From the NCBI RefSeq assembly GCF_052425735.1, contig NC_135762.1, positions 23,250,001 through 23,314,000 on the forward strand: DNA of 64,000 bases, in the 5' to 3' direction. The stretch comes from Oculina patagonica. Lineage: Eukaryota. The notes under the pieces are model-generated. The model was given only the letters and a program-made list of their open reading frames with translations, made no database searches and was not told the DNA's origin. Each line of letters starts with the position of its first letter. Position 1 is the stretch's first letter. The translations under genes were made by a program, and so were the position numbers. This document shows, one piece after another, positions 49,665 through 61,540 of the stretch.

Positions 49665-52111
49665 GCTTATTATCTGTTTGAAGCGAGACCACTTGGAGTC
49701 ACTATGGTAACGGACCCGTTGCTGTGCAGTTAAATCTCTTTTATTGACTTTAAACAATGTTGTGAAGTTATTCAGCAAGGTGGCCCTCTTACCAATATCA
49801 AAATGGAAACCAACCTATAAAGTTGTTAAATAAGTGTATCTTTTTAGCTAAACATGTGAAACTAAAACGAAGAAAAATAAAAGAGACGTGCAACAGTGGT
49901 CCCTCTTAGGAAATACTAAATTTTTGATATATTTTAACAATTCATAAAGTGTTACGGAAACTTAGGGCACGCGAGGTATTAAATGTCGACATTACTTGAA
50001 TTTGAAAAGCGTGGTTACTTAAACCAATAAGCATCTTATGATAATTAAAATGGTTTGAGGACCTGCTCTTATATAAACGAGCTCTAAGAGAAACTCTTCA
50101 ATGACAATATAGCGAGCAGGTGAACTCTTGCCGAAACAGGAAACAAATTTATTTAACAATGGGCCTCCACCACAGAAAATGTTCGTGACAAATTCTTGAT
50201 AAGGCCACTAGAACGGTCATTAATTTTTAAAGCGAATTTTTCGAACAGTTTATAAAATGCGGACATTAGCAAGACCGGAACATTAACTGAGTGACTCAGC
50301 GCTCAGACTGAAGGACTTCGCTTGTATGTCAGCTATTTAGAGGTAAGAGGTTTTGTGTTTATCGTCGGTAAGAACAATGGACGTTTTTTTTTTATTTATT
50401 TATTTTTATTCTGAGGACCATTTTTAATTTGTTTTTGTTGCCAGGCGAGTTGTTATGCAAACATGATCGTTAACTAGTTAAAAACAAGTGGGTTTTTTTC
50501 TTGTTATAAACAAGGTCCTTTTGCCGAGTGATTTGTTTGAAATTAAATGGGACTTGATTACCCAGAGTTTTAAAAAAGAATTTGTTTCGGGTTCCTCGTG
50601 TAGAGAAGAAAATTCTAATTAACTATTGACATTTCATGGACTGTGATGTGTTAGTTTAATTTTCACTGCGGAAATGATGGCAAACTACTAAGAGTATTTT
50701 GCATTATTAAGCGTAAAAATAGTGTAAAAATTTGTATCATTTAGAAAGAACGATATAATAGAGACATTTTAACACTGTTTCTAATTGTTTTATATGCACA
50801 TATGCGCACGACTTGAGAGTGGGAATTACGACGGTCCTTAATTAGAAATCATTATCTGACAAAAATTCTACATGAAAATGTGTCAAGTACACAAAAGAAA
50901 CATTGCCTCCTATTGGAAATGTGTTATTTGGAACAAACCTAATTCTTAAAGAGATGTTTCGAAGATGTGGGTTTCAGCACGCAAAAAGGACCTATAATGC
51001 ATCGCAAAACATTAGCACACTTTCACCATGTCGTCATTAATTCAACTTGTGGTTTAAATATCAATTGTCCTAATTAACACGAAAAAAAGACAAATTGAAG
51101 AATTCTGGTGGTTGTAGTCAAGTGGCGCCATAATGCAAATGTGGCGATTGTTTGGGCATCAAAAGAAACGAAATTAATATTCATTTTTGTTTGGACTAAA
51201 AGCTATTGCATTCAAGAAGGGCTTAACTTCAAGTAGGGTTTAAAACACTGAAGTGCACTGATTCGCATTGCCAAAAGCTACTAAAATTAAGAAACTCTTT
51301 CCATCATCGCAAGAAAAAACATGGAGATAACGTAAGACGCTTCTCTTTGAAAACCATTTTTTACGTTAAAGGTCAGTTATTTTGCTTCAAAAGTTCTGTT
51401 GTTTATTTCTTAGCATTATTATACAGAAGACAACTGTCTGACAAATTCTGTAAACAAAGCTTTTTACTGGCTAGTTTTGTTAAATTCGTGAAAGCTTTCA
51501 TAAAGTTTTCATGGGGATAGTTTGATCCCTTCTTTAAATTCACACTTTTTGTGCCTTTAATAAAGGGGCGAGTTTTTCACCAATATTTCTTTCAAAGACA
51601 TGACCATAACATCGCCCAAAATCTGTTTCAGTTGAGCTTTCATCTTGATGCTGAACTGACAAAAGTGCTTTGTTGATGTAGATAGAAACATAAATCAGGA
51701 TAGAATCAGGAATACTTAGGCGCCGGCAGGTGGATTAGAATGGATCAGTAGGGGGTTAACTGTAAAATTTATTCAGCTGTTGTTGCGAAACTTATTAAAT
51801 TAGGCATTTTTTAGCCAAAACAGTAAACATCCGTTGCAAACTTTGCATTATTTCAGCAACAATTAAGTACACTTTCTAGCTTCTATTCAATTGCATTGAG
51901 AACTGGACTATTATTCGGACCGTTTTTCGAGCATAATTTATGAAACGAGGGCGTTTTATGTAAACGGAGCCGGCACGATAAATTACTGTTGCTATGACTA
52001 GTTTTCAGCAATTTAGTAAACCAACATGCGTCGAATCAAAAACTTCTATCTTTCTCCACAGAAACTTCATATACTTTGCCGTCATCAACCGGACATTCGT
52101 CACCTTGTAGG

Positions 52112-52888
52112 ATGGTTTTGCATTCAACTTCTGAAAACAAAGAAGAGGCTTTCCTTCCCTCGATAACTGACAACAATGGCTCAAAGAGTAAACAAAAAGC
52201 AAAAAGAGGCGCTAAGACTAAGAAGAAAGGTTCGCGCAACAAAAAACAAAAAGATGCTTTCGTTCGCTTTCCTGAACTCGCAACAGACAATGGCCTAACG
52301 AAAAACTCGGCAAAAACGTTCGCTAGAAAATCTTCATCACCAAAGGCAACTCTTCAATCACAAGAAATTTTGAAAAAGAGTCAAAGTGAAACAGCAAAAT
52401 TTACTACACATGAAAGACGACGGGGCAATTTACATTTGCCTTCGCTCGCTTCAACAACGCTAACGTCGGAGAGCGCTAGAAGTAAACCAACAGAAAGATG
52501 GAGCATTGCATTGGGCTTGCGCGATAGCTATGAAATTCCTCGCAGTGTTTTCAACAAATTGACCGATGACATACTCAAAATAGACAGACAAATGAGAGAA
52601 GAGGCAAAAATAAAAGAAATCAGAGAGCAAAGGATGATCTCTCGGGAATGGATGGAGACGGAACTCTCTTCTTCCGAAGGTACTTTTGGGCGTACTTCAA
52701 ATCCAAGATTTTCCTACTTCCCCTGTCTTCAAACGAAATCAACGGGCGATCGTGCGGAGTCTATGTCGCCACATTGGGCAAAAGGCAAAATAAGTGAAAG
52801 AATGATTCATCAGGAACGAGAAATTGAAAGAAAACTGAGAGAATTTAAACATCGCCATTCGCTTTCGAGGTACAAAGATGTGAAGTGA
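52112..52888 (+). CDS. Uncharacterised basic, low-complexity protein (258 aa from first ATG)
   Basis: 777-nt open frame, aggATGg start, acceptor ctccacag at 52061 and candidate upstream donor ag|gtaaga at 50342; shares motifs with 54127-54843. Confidence 0.75.
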   Translation: MVLHSTSENKEEAFLPSITDNNGSKSKQKAKRGAKTKKKGSRNKKQKDAFVRFPELATDNGLTKNSAKTFARKSSSPKATLQSQEILKKSQSETAKFTTHERRRGNLHLPSLASTTLTSESARSKPTERWSIALGLRDSYEIPRSVFNKLTDDILKIDRQMREEAKIKEIREQRMISREWMETELSSSEGTFGRTSNPRFSYFPCLQTKSTGDRAESMSPHWAKGKISERMIHQEREIERKLREFKHRHSLSRYKDVK

Positions 52889-53099
52889 TTTGTGTAAATT
52901 TGAGGATTTTTCTCAATAGAATGCTAGCTACAGTATATCAACAAATTTCACTAACTGCTGGTTAATTAAATAATTGTTCACATTGATAGTCGTCATGGAA
53001 ACTTATTAATCCCATGCATAGTTCTTCTCACTTTTGAGTGGCGGAGAAGGCTCAGATCAGTTGTGAACTTACAAAGAAATTTTGATATACAAACAATAC

Positions 53100-53235
53100 A
53101 AAATCATGAAGATGAAGTATTCAACATGACACGAGCAAGGACAAAGAAAATTCTGATCCCGACGGAACGAACCCATGGCCACCAGAACCGGTGGGCGCCA
53201 ACCAACTGAGCACGAGAGACTCGGTGAGCTGGGCC
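53100..53235 (-). mobile_element. Degenerate tRNA-derived SINE (second family)
   Basis: - strand gctcagttggttggcgc..ggccatgggttcg (A/B-box-like) followed by gtccttgctcgtgtcatgttgaa. Confidence 0.5.
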
Positions 53236-54126
53236 ATACTAGGTGAAAGTGACACGCGTCCGCATACTGCATTTTTTATCTCCAAGGAGTGATTTCACCA
53301 ATGGTTGGATGGATGGATAATCTTTATTTAAAAAACACGGTAAAGAGTAGAAAACCCTGGCAATATTATTACACTTTCAGCTCCTCTTACGGGTCTACAA
53401 AGCAGTTTAAAATAAAATTCAGAAAGTATGAATAAAAGTAAGTAAGTAAGCAAGTAAGAAACCAAGTTATTTTATGAGGATAACATTTGACAGTACAAAA
53501 CAACTGATAACCAGCTCGTGGCCCTCCTATCTATAAGTTAACAATATATACAATTATATAACAATATATTAAATATCATTATTAATAAAAAATATGAACA
53601 GCATTACAACAATAAGAATAAAAACCAAAATATAGATGTTAAGATTGAGTAATCGGAAAACACAATAGACAATCAAATATTATTTACTTAATCAAGAATT
53701 CCATTTTGTTTTTGGCGGCTAAGGTAACTCTTATAAAACTTTTTTCTAAAAACACTTGAACAAGAAGTAAATATGGGTAAGCCCAAAATCCAATTCCGGA
53801 ATGTGTAAGCAAGGATGGCGCAGCCACTACGATGGCCTCCCACTAATGTGGTCCTGATCGAATCCTTGACCCGCCCAAGGAATCAAGGAACCTGACTTGG
53901 AGACGGTGTAATTAACTTGACTACAGTCATAGATGATATCGTACGCACTTCTTGGCAATCTTGTGCCCAGCGACCAACCGCTGACCAAGAAGCCTGATCG
54001 ACACTTCTGTTCCTAAGCAACCATAGCGCGAGAATTCACTCAATTCTTTGAAAACATTTTAAATTATTCTGCTTGTCTGGTCACGTCTTAAATGTAGGGC
54101 ATGTTTTATACGCCAGATATGTTCAA

Positions 54127-54843
54127 TTAATCCAGAAAAAATGGCGAATCCATAGGGCGACACGACAGCTTGTGTTTCTTCACAAACTGTTTTTCAACTT
54201 TCCTCAGTGAAAGAAATATCTTAGAGTATTCTTCCTTCGTCCGGAGGCTTCCTGGGTGAATAACTTCTTCGCGTTTCTTTGATGCCTTCTCTTCCATTTC
54301 CTTTTTCAGTTTCTCTCTCTTGTTCAAGGGTTTCGGAGAAGGAAAGCGCGGAAAATAGGAATATTTCTTCCGCGATAGTTTTTGGGAACACTGAGTGTAG
54401 CGAAGATCCCGTTGGTATTCATAGTTTTTCATCATTTGTGGAAAGCTTTCTTTATCGCCTATAGCATTATCCTTTTTAGAAAAGTGGCTTTCAGTTTCTC
54501 GTCCATTTTCTAAACTAGTCAAATCGTTTTTATCTGTTTGACAATTCTCGTCAAATCGTTTATCTTCCAAAGACGTACTAGATGCCGTCTCGTGAATATT
54601 CGGCAACCTTAAATCTTGTTCTTGATTCGCCTCCACGTATTGTATACCATCTTCAAAGGTAACTCTCTTAACATTGCTCTTGTCACTTAAAAATATGTTT
54701 GGTAAAGTCTCCGCTTTGCTTGTAGCATGCAATCCATTCGGCGTTTCAAGTGCGGCATCCTTCGTAGGCTCACTCTTAGATTTTCGTGACATCAAAGCTG
54801 GAAGTTTTAGCGCACCATCAAATTCTGCTTCCTGGCCTTGCAT
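54127..54843 (-). CDS. Uncharacterised protein (238 aa from first ATG), probable distant paralog of 52112-52888
   Basis: 717-nt open frame; LKLPAL, LRLPNI, KYSYFPRF and C-terminal KVEKQFVKKHKLS motifs. Confidence 0.75.
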   Translation of the reverse strand: MQGQEAEFDGALKLPALMSRKSKSEPTKDAALETPNGLHATSKAETLPNIFLSDKSNVKRVTFEDGIQYVEANQEQDLRLPNIHETASSTSLEDKRFDENCQTDKNDLTSLENGRETESHFSKKDNAIGDKESFPQMMKNYEYQRDLRYTQCSQKLSRKKYSYFPRFPSPKPLNKREKLKKEMEEKASKKREEVIHPGSLRTKEEYSKIFLSLRKVEKQFVKKHKLSCRPMDSPFFLD

Positions 54844-56413
54844 AATATTTAACCGCAAAAGTTATGTCACTGTTGTTCTCGCTGACACACGGCTATTTAG
54901 CAGACTTTAAATATAAATAACTAAAATGTTTTCGTAGCAACTTAAAATACAGACCCGCTCATCTTGTTCCCAAGCACTTGCATTTGTCACTGTAAAAGTA
55001 TTTTTTCAGTGGTAACCGATGTCTTTAGTCTTTGATCAACTGAATAGTAACTATGTGAAGATGTTTGTCTTTATCACAGTTCGTTTGGTTGTGATTAAAA
55101 CCATGACGACCAAACCAAACACGTAGACAAGCAAAAACTTGTGTCGAAGTCAACCAATTTCAAGCTTTATCGAATTCTTCAGTACTTATTGTCGAATCAA
55201 TTATGATACTCTAGCGAAAGCCTCTTATAACGGCTGTTAGCTAATACCACCAGGTAAAAGTCTCAGTTTAGGAGTGCTTATAGCTCGTTAGCAATATTTC
55301 TTCTGGTCGGAAGTACTTAAGAAAATGTAAACAAAACACATCACCTGCTTGCCAAACTTAGTGGCAATAATTAAAAGAGTTTCTGACGTTTAAATCAAGG
55401 TGAAGTGTGAAAAAACACTGAAACGTTATTAGTGGTATAAAATTTGTCTAGTATTCTGGCTTCCTTGCACGTTTTTATGCTGCAAGCACAAAATCTTTCT
55501 TCCGAGATTTTGAAAGTTTGCGTTTTAACAGTAACTTTATCTCGACTTTATTTTGGTAAAACAACTCTAGAAACAAACTTTAAGAAATTTCTTATATGAT
55601 AAGTATCAAGAGAATTACTCTGTTGTTTGTTATATAAATTATTACCACAGAAGTGACAAGTGTTTTTGGCGCCTTCTCATTAGTGCATTTAGAAAATAAA
55701 TACTTCCAGCATTTTTTTCCTCAGCCAAGTACAGGCGCTAACGAGTGTCAACTCTTACAGTGTAGCATTTAGGTAAAATCTATCCATTATCTCCTAAGGT
55801 ATGCCCCATCAGATTCTCTAACTGAAAGCGTTGCTGAGGGAGGGGGGATTAACAGTAATCTGATGTGTGATTGTTTATACTATTACAGGCGGCAAATCCC
55901 CAGCTTCTCCGCCTTTCAACTCAAGCTAGCCGCCATTTTGAATTTTAAAATAGTCGCGGAGGCCTAGGTGAGAAGTTGGCAAATCTTCCAGTTTCGTCCC
56001 CAGAGCCTGTGCGTTTTCGGTCAGCGGTAACAAAACCAAGTCGAGCTCTGGGAAAGAGATTGCAAATCTTCAGTGAGTCTGGTGATTTTCCTATTGTAAT
56101 TCAACAATCGGGAAAAACGAATAATTTTTTTTATAGTATAACAGTTTGAGAGACGTCTGTAAACAAACATTGCAACGGCAAAGTATCTTGACAAGCGGCT
56201 TTGGCGACGAGAATGATGTCAAATTGAGGTGACTCTCGATCCAAGGGTCTTCTGGTGTGTTGAAATTCAACATGGCGGCTACTCTAATCGGCATGTTGAA
56301 TTTCATCGTTGGAGAAGACCCTGGGATAAGTTTGGAATAACTTCTTATAAATTGAAATTCCGAAGCTTTTTGCCATTTTTGGATTTTGCGATACAGACTC
56401 AAATAGCTTGCGC

Positions 56414-56542
56414 CAGACTCGTACCCAGTCACTACTTCGTTACTCGTTTTTTCGCTACGCTCGAAGGGGTTGATGGTTCTTCCTTCCCTTGATGCATCGC
56501 GCGCCGCTCATAGTGCAAGAGAAGCGACTGGGTACGAGTCTA
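56414..56542. mobile_element. MITE with 9-bp TSD
   Basis: agactcgtacccagtc ... gactgggtacgagtct; TSD agcttgcgc at 56405-56413 and 56543-56551. Confidence 0.85.
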
Positions 56543-57260
56543 AGCTTGCGCTGTGCTTTTCAAATTTTACGATCACAACACTTCTGCTACATGGAAGGAA
56601 GAACTCTATAAGGAGATGCAAATTAACTGAAAATATGCTATTGAAAAAATATTTTGAAACAAAAAGCTTTTTCTTGAAGCGATAGTTTCAAACAAAAATT
56701 TTAAACAAAAATGACCTTGGTACATCAGTTGAAGTTTACTCAGCTAACAGGTGGCAAGGATTTGACCGACTCGTATGGCCTGACGTTTTAATAAATACCA
56801 TTTCAATGTTCCATTATATATAAAATATTCCTATTTGACGCAAAAAGACAGAGCCTATAAATTGAGCCACCTACTAGCACTTGATGGGCTTCCAATAGCG
56901 AACTGTTTTAATTGGCTACTTTACATTTGATATCACAGTTAATACGCTGTGATATATACACGTCATGTGGCACTTATTCACTGGGCCGCAAAATACTGAA
57001 TAGGTGCCCATTTGTTGATATTTATACAGCAGGTACCGGTAAAATATTTTACCGCACGTTTTGGCAAAAGCGGGCTTTCTATACACGTTTGTTAATAATA
57101 TATAAGCTAATCTCTTGTACAAAAACACGTACATTTCCCGCTAACAACCCCCTTCTTGCATACACGGACAGTTTGTATGGCATAAAAAGGCCCATCAGAT
57201 GTAAAGAAAACGTCTTGGAATAAACAAAAGCACTGTCTTACTGTGAAACTGAGAAACAAT

Positions 57261-59354
57261 ATGTCATCGACAGAAAATCTCCTGCAAGATACCGGTGATA
57301 AATCCACGAATACGTTAGAATCTGGCTATCATTCGGAAGGCGTAGAAAACGACTTGCCTCGTCCACCGAAACATAAAGAAAAGGCCGGCAAGAAAAAGAA
57401 ACTTCACAGAGATAAAGGTTTGGAAAACAAAGGCTTCGAATACGACAATGAGCAAGCAAACACAAGTGGTAAACGCGGGACAGTTCAACGAGCATCCAGC
57501 GAAAATATTGCGCGACAGTTAACAACAAAGGCTGAACAAAATGACAGTAAGCGAAGGCACAGTTTCGCTGGGCAGTCAACTGTAGACACAACACAGACTG
57601 TCGATGGTGTTAGACAGAAAGTAGGCAAAAATAGGCGACGTTCAAGCAGTGTGGAAGAGGATTTGAGGCGAAGAGCTTGTTTCAACAGTATGCGCCGTCG
57701 TTTTTCAAGCTCGGGGTCCAGTCAGGTGCCCCCGTCTGAAGTTGATACAAGTGTCGAAGATGAAGTATTTTACGAGAACGTTCCTGTAAAGGGACCTCGA
57801 AGGAATCATCAAGGATTTAGCTATGGAGAAACGTCTGGAATAAAGGAAACTGACAGGGCAAGTTCCATGGGAAGTCTGTGTAGCGCTGTTGAATTGGAAA
57901 ATAGACAATTAGACGAATATTCCAGGCGTTTAATGTCCGCTCTACAAGAAAGGGCAAAGTTGGAGCAAGAGCTGAACATTTTACGTCGAACTGCTTCGGT
58001 CGCTAGCATGCCTGCAGTAGAGAAATGGAAAATCTCGCCGCAAATACACTTTCGCAACGAAAAGTACAATTCTGAAAGGAGGCTAAGTACCAGAGGCAAC
58101 GGAGATAAACAATTCTCATTTGAACAACTTAAACGTGTACAGCACGAGCAGAGTAGAAAACTGCCCGATGTTCCAAGAACTGTAAGAAGCGAGGACGATG
58201 AATTTCACGAAGAACTACGTCCTGTAATTGAGAAGTACGTTGAAAGGTTGCCTCAGCGAGAACTTAGTGAAGGATTCGTACAGAATTCGGAAGAGAAACG
58301 TAAAAGTGATAAGCGCAATGAATTTCATGAGGAAAAACGTCCTGTAATTGAGAAGAACGTCGAAAGATTGCCTCAACGAAAACTCAGTGAAGAATTCCCA
58401 CAGCAATTGGAAGAAAAACGTAAAAGTGATAGCTTTCGCCTTGCTGACTCCGAAAAGCAAAGACGTGAGAGTAAAATGGCCGATTTGGCAGCAGATTTGT
58501 GGAAAAAGTTGATGAAAGGAGAAAAATTCCACGGTGAAGGTGAAGTCATGAATGACGAAACAGCAGTAAAAACGCGCGAAGCAGCAACAAAGAGTGAAAA
58601 TGCTAGCGAAGTTAAGAAAAGTGCTCATTCGTCTTATGCCAAGTCAGGGATGACTGGCCAGGATTCAGAGCCGAGATATAGTGCCGCACCGGGTATCGCT
58701 AGACTAGCTAAAGGCTCCATGCCAACGACATCAGGGACAGAAAAAAGAGAAAAGCCACTCGTGCGTTCAGAATCGGAATCAAATCTCGCGCGCAATGATG
58801 CGTTTAGAAGAAACCAGAGGCGCCCGCTACGATACAAGCGAGCTTCTTCCTCGACTGAGTCGTTGACTGAGGCGACAAAACCGGCTTCACATTCGACGTT
58901 TAGTGAATCTAAAACAAACAAGCCTCGACAAGAAAAACCGGAAAAACTGGAGGGAGTTCGCAGCACCGAAGCTGTGAGTCAGAATCACAGTAAATGGTTC
59001 GACTACATGCTACCTCCGGGAAAGCGTGGAAACAAGAAGGCAACTCCCTCGCATGACACTCCACACGCCTCGCAGCGCGAAATTGAGGGAACAGCGCCGT
59101 CTCAGTTATCAGAAAAATTACGTTATTATCAAAAATTGCAGGAGCAGAGATCTCAAGAGGAGAATTCACTTGATTTGGCCGACGCCTTCATGGCTGCAGA
59201 AGACGCCGAGGCAGAAAGGGAATTTCAAAGAAAAGCCGCCGGAGAAGCGGCCATTTTGAGGAGGGAAGCTTCGCGACTGCTATACCAAGCGATGAACTTG
59301 GAGCGTATTTGTGATCCTAACGCTAGAGTACGGCATATTTTTACACCATATTGA
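57261..59354 (+). CDS. Uncharacterised single-exon protein, 697 aa, largely disordered with coiled-coil segments
   Basis: 2094-nt uninterrupted ORF, higher GC than flanks, E/K/R/S-rich; no recognisable domain. Confidence 0.85.
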   Translation: MSSTENLLQDTGDKSTNTLESGYHSEGVENDLPRPPKHKEKAGKKKKLHRDKGLENKGFEYDNEQANTSGKRGTVQRASSENIARQLTTKAEQNDSKRRHSFAGQSTVDTTQTVDGVRQKVGKNRRRSSSVEEDLRRRACFNSMRRRFSSSGSSQVPPSEVDTSVEDEVFYENVPVKGPRRNHQGFSYGETSGIKETDRASSMGSLCSAVELENRQLDEYSRRLMSALQERAKLEQELNILRRTASVASMPAVEKWKISPQIHFRNEKYNSERRLSTRGNGDKQFSFEQLKRVQHEQSRKLPDVPRTVRSEDDEFHEELRPVIEKYVERLPQRELSEGFVQNSEEKRKSDKRNEFHEEKRPVIEKNVERLPQRKLSEEFPQQLEEKRKSDSFRLADSEKQRRESKMADLAADLWKKLMKGEKFHGEGEVMNDETAVKTREAATKSENASEVKKSAHSSYAKSGMTGQDSEPRYSAAPGIARLAKGSMPTTSGTEKREKPLVRSESESNLARNDAFRRNQRRPLRYKRASSSTESLTEATKPASHSTFSESKTNKPRQEKPEKLEGVRSTEAVSQNHSKWFDYMLPPGKRGNKKATPSHDTPHASQREIEGTAPSQLSEKLRYYQKLQEQRSQEENSLDLADAFMAAEDAEAEREFQRKAAGEAAILRREASRLLYQAMNLERICDPNARVRHIFTPY
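58197..58431 (+). repeat. In-frame 120-bp (40-aa) tandem duplication
   Basis: EFHEELRPVIEKYVERLPQRELSEGF..EEKRKSD / EFHEEKRPVIEKNVERLPQRKLSEEF..EEKRKSD. Confidence 0.9.
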
Positions 59355-59579
59355 CGTGAATGTTTCCTTCTGAGCCCTGTTAAAAAGACTCGAATGAGGT
59401 TCAGATTACGGCAGTTTTACCTTTCGTTTCATAAAAAAATTGATCATAAATATTTTATATCTAGCCTGACCAGATGTCCGCCATTTCTTGGACTCGCGGC
59501 CTAACTTATCATTTTGAAAGGAATTATTCAGTTTCTGCCTGTAAAGATGCTTACTTTTATTAAGAAAATATGATAACTT

Positions 59580-60324
59580 CCCCGGGAGGGGTATGCCCTA
59601 TAGTGGACTATACGGAGTCGCACCGCCCGAAAGAGGTACCTTTTTCAGGCTGTAAATATATAAATGGGTTGGGGTTTCCTGAGTTGGAAACTGGGTAGAG
59701 AAAACTGCCGTTTATTAAGTATTTAAAAGGACCTTTCAAAATATTTCGAACAGAAACACCGAATGGTCGATTTATTTTAAGTACTTTTTAAAGAAACACC
59801 TTAAAAGGGGTTATTCAAGTGAAAAGTTAAGAAAAAAATATATACAGTATCCCTTCTGTAGGTATGTGAAAGGGGTAACATTTTTTATCGAAGGTATTAA
59901 CTTTTCTGTCAAAAATAATGTATAAAAGGGTAAGGGTTTGGCAATCTCGTTCCCAGGGCTTTTCCCTTGGTGATTTGGAACGGGCGGGAAAAGACCCTGG
60001 CATCGGCCGGTCACGTGATTATCTTAAATATTCCGCGGAACTGTAATTTATGCAACGGCCGGTAAATCCCGCTAAAACAAAAGTGAATAGAACACGTTTT
60101 CTCGGGTTTTCTGTGAAAATTATGGAGCAGTCAACGCCCAAAAAATTACACGCTCGGAATTCACTTTGCCGGATCTGTGATGGTGAGTGCGAAAGCCATC
60201 ATTTCCCGCCCGTTCCAAATCACCAAGGGAAAAGCCCTGGGAACGAGGTTGAAGGGTTTGGACCTTGGGTTGGAGCCTCCCTGTATATATATATAAAAAA
60301 AACATTTAGTACCCTCCCCCCGGG
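59580..60324. mobile_element. cccggg-ended non-autonomous DNA element
   Basis: ccccgggaggggta ... taccctcccccggg; gataactt-like duplication at the flanks; same family as 3237-4372. Confidence 0.7.
59942..60251. mobile_element. Mutator-like MITE with 10-bp TSD
   Basis: ~48-bp TIR caatctcgttcccagggcttttcccttggtgatttggaacgggcggga; TSD aagggtttgg at 59932-59941 and 60252-60261. Confidence 0.9.
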
Positions 60325-60778
60325 ATAACTTCATTACAGAAACCAACAATGCCACAGTTTGTTAATTAGTTTTTTTTTCAAAGCGTGGACCGTAAAATAT
60401 AAAGTATAAAATCACAAGTCCTTTTGATTTTTGGCTTGACCAACACAGTTTTATATATTTAAGATACAATCTTTACATTAAGTAGGAGTCCATAATGGGC
60501 TACTACACTAAGTTACGGTACAAGGTCTACATATAGTAAATCTTAGAGAAAGGCTCTTTTAAAAGGCTCCCTTTTCTCGGGATCCCAAAAAGTTTGGTTC
60601 CCTTTAAAGGTAGGTACAAAAAAGACATGGCACCATGTGTTGATCTGTATCATCATAGTATTTAAAATAATGGTTTCCATCTCACAGGCGGTTTCTTTGT
60701 TCTCGATAGCCTGCGAGCAGACTTCTCATTTTTCCTAAATCCTGCGTTCGTCGCAGGGAGCCTGGAAATATAGGGACC

Positions 60779-60993
60779 CAGGCGCGGATCCAGGAAAAAT
60801 AGTGACCGTTTTCCAATAATTAACATTGACACTGATAGCGCGAGCCTGTTGCGGTTCCGGAGGTATGCTCCCCCGGGAAAATTTTTAGACTGATTGACTC
60901 CCTAAAGTGTCATTTCCGTGTATTTTGAGTCACTCGGACAAGGGGTTGACCGATTTCCGTAAAACGGTGAAAACCGGTCTGGATCCGCGCCTG
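60779..60993. mobile_element. CAG-ended MITE with 6-bp TSD
   Basis: caggcgcggatccag ... ctggatccgcgcctg; TSD gggacc. Confidence 0.8.
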
Positions 60994-61479
60994 GGGACCT
61001 CAAGCATCAGATCGGAGTTTGAGTACGAGAACGACTTTTCAAACCTAGTGCTTATGCTTTTGATTATCACATTCCAGACCAATATCGTATCGATAGTCTG
61101 GAAGTTTAACTTGATTGAAATTCGAAAGTCGTACTCGTACTCCGAACTGCAGGTTCTGAATAGCAGACGTTTGGTCCCAGGCTTTGTTCTCGAAAGACTG
61201 GTAATGTAATTTTTTTTAAGATGTTTTCATATTGTTGATAGAAGAGTTAAAACTGTCTTGAAGTCTGGAAAAGGAACAGAACAGAACTGTACCAGATTTT
61301 TAACATTGCGATCAGTTTTTGTGCATCACAAATGAATAAACAATTTTAGAAATTAAAGAAGGACATTCAGTATTAGTTTTGTTTGTTCTCTCCCTCCCTA
61401 CCCCTCCCCACGTCTCTCTTCTTGTCTTCCGCGTCCCCTCCCGAGCCCGACCTTGAGCCCGAACCCGTCAAAATTTGGC

Positions 61480-61540
61480 CAGCGGAAGTGCTATTAGATA
61501 ATGAGATCACGTGCCTTCAATGTGAAGCAAGATGGCGGCC
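61480..61540 (+). promoter_or_regulatory. ATP6AP1 proximal promoter: ETS, CLEAR/E-box and YY1 motifs
   Basis: gcggaagtg 61482-61490; tcacgtg 61507-61513; caagatggcggc overlapping the ATG. Confidence 0.6.

Noticed and set aside
57238-59259. Overlapping antisense and alternate-frame ORFs
   Set aside because: Shadows of the 697-aa ORF.
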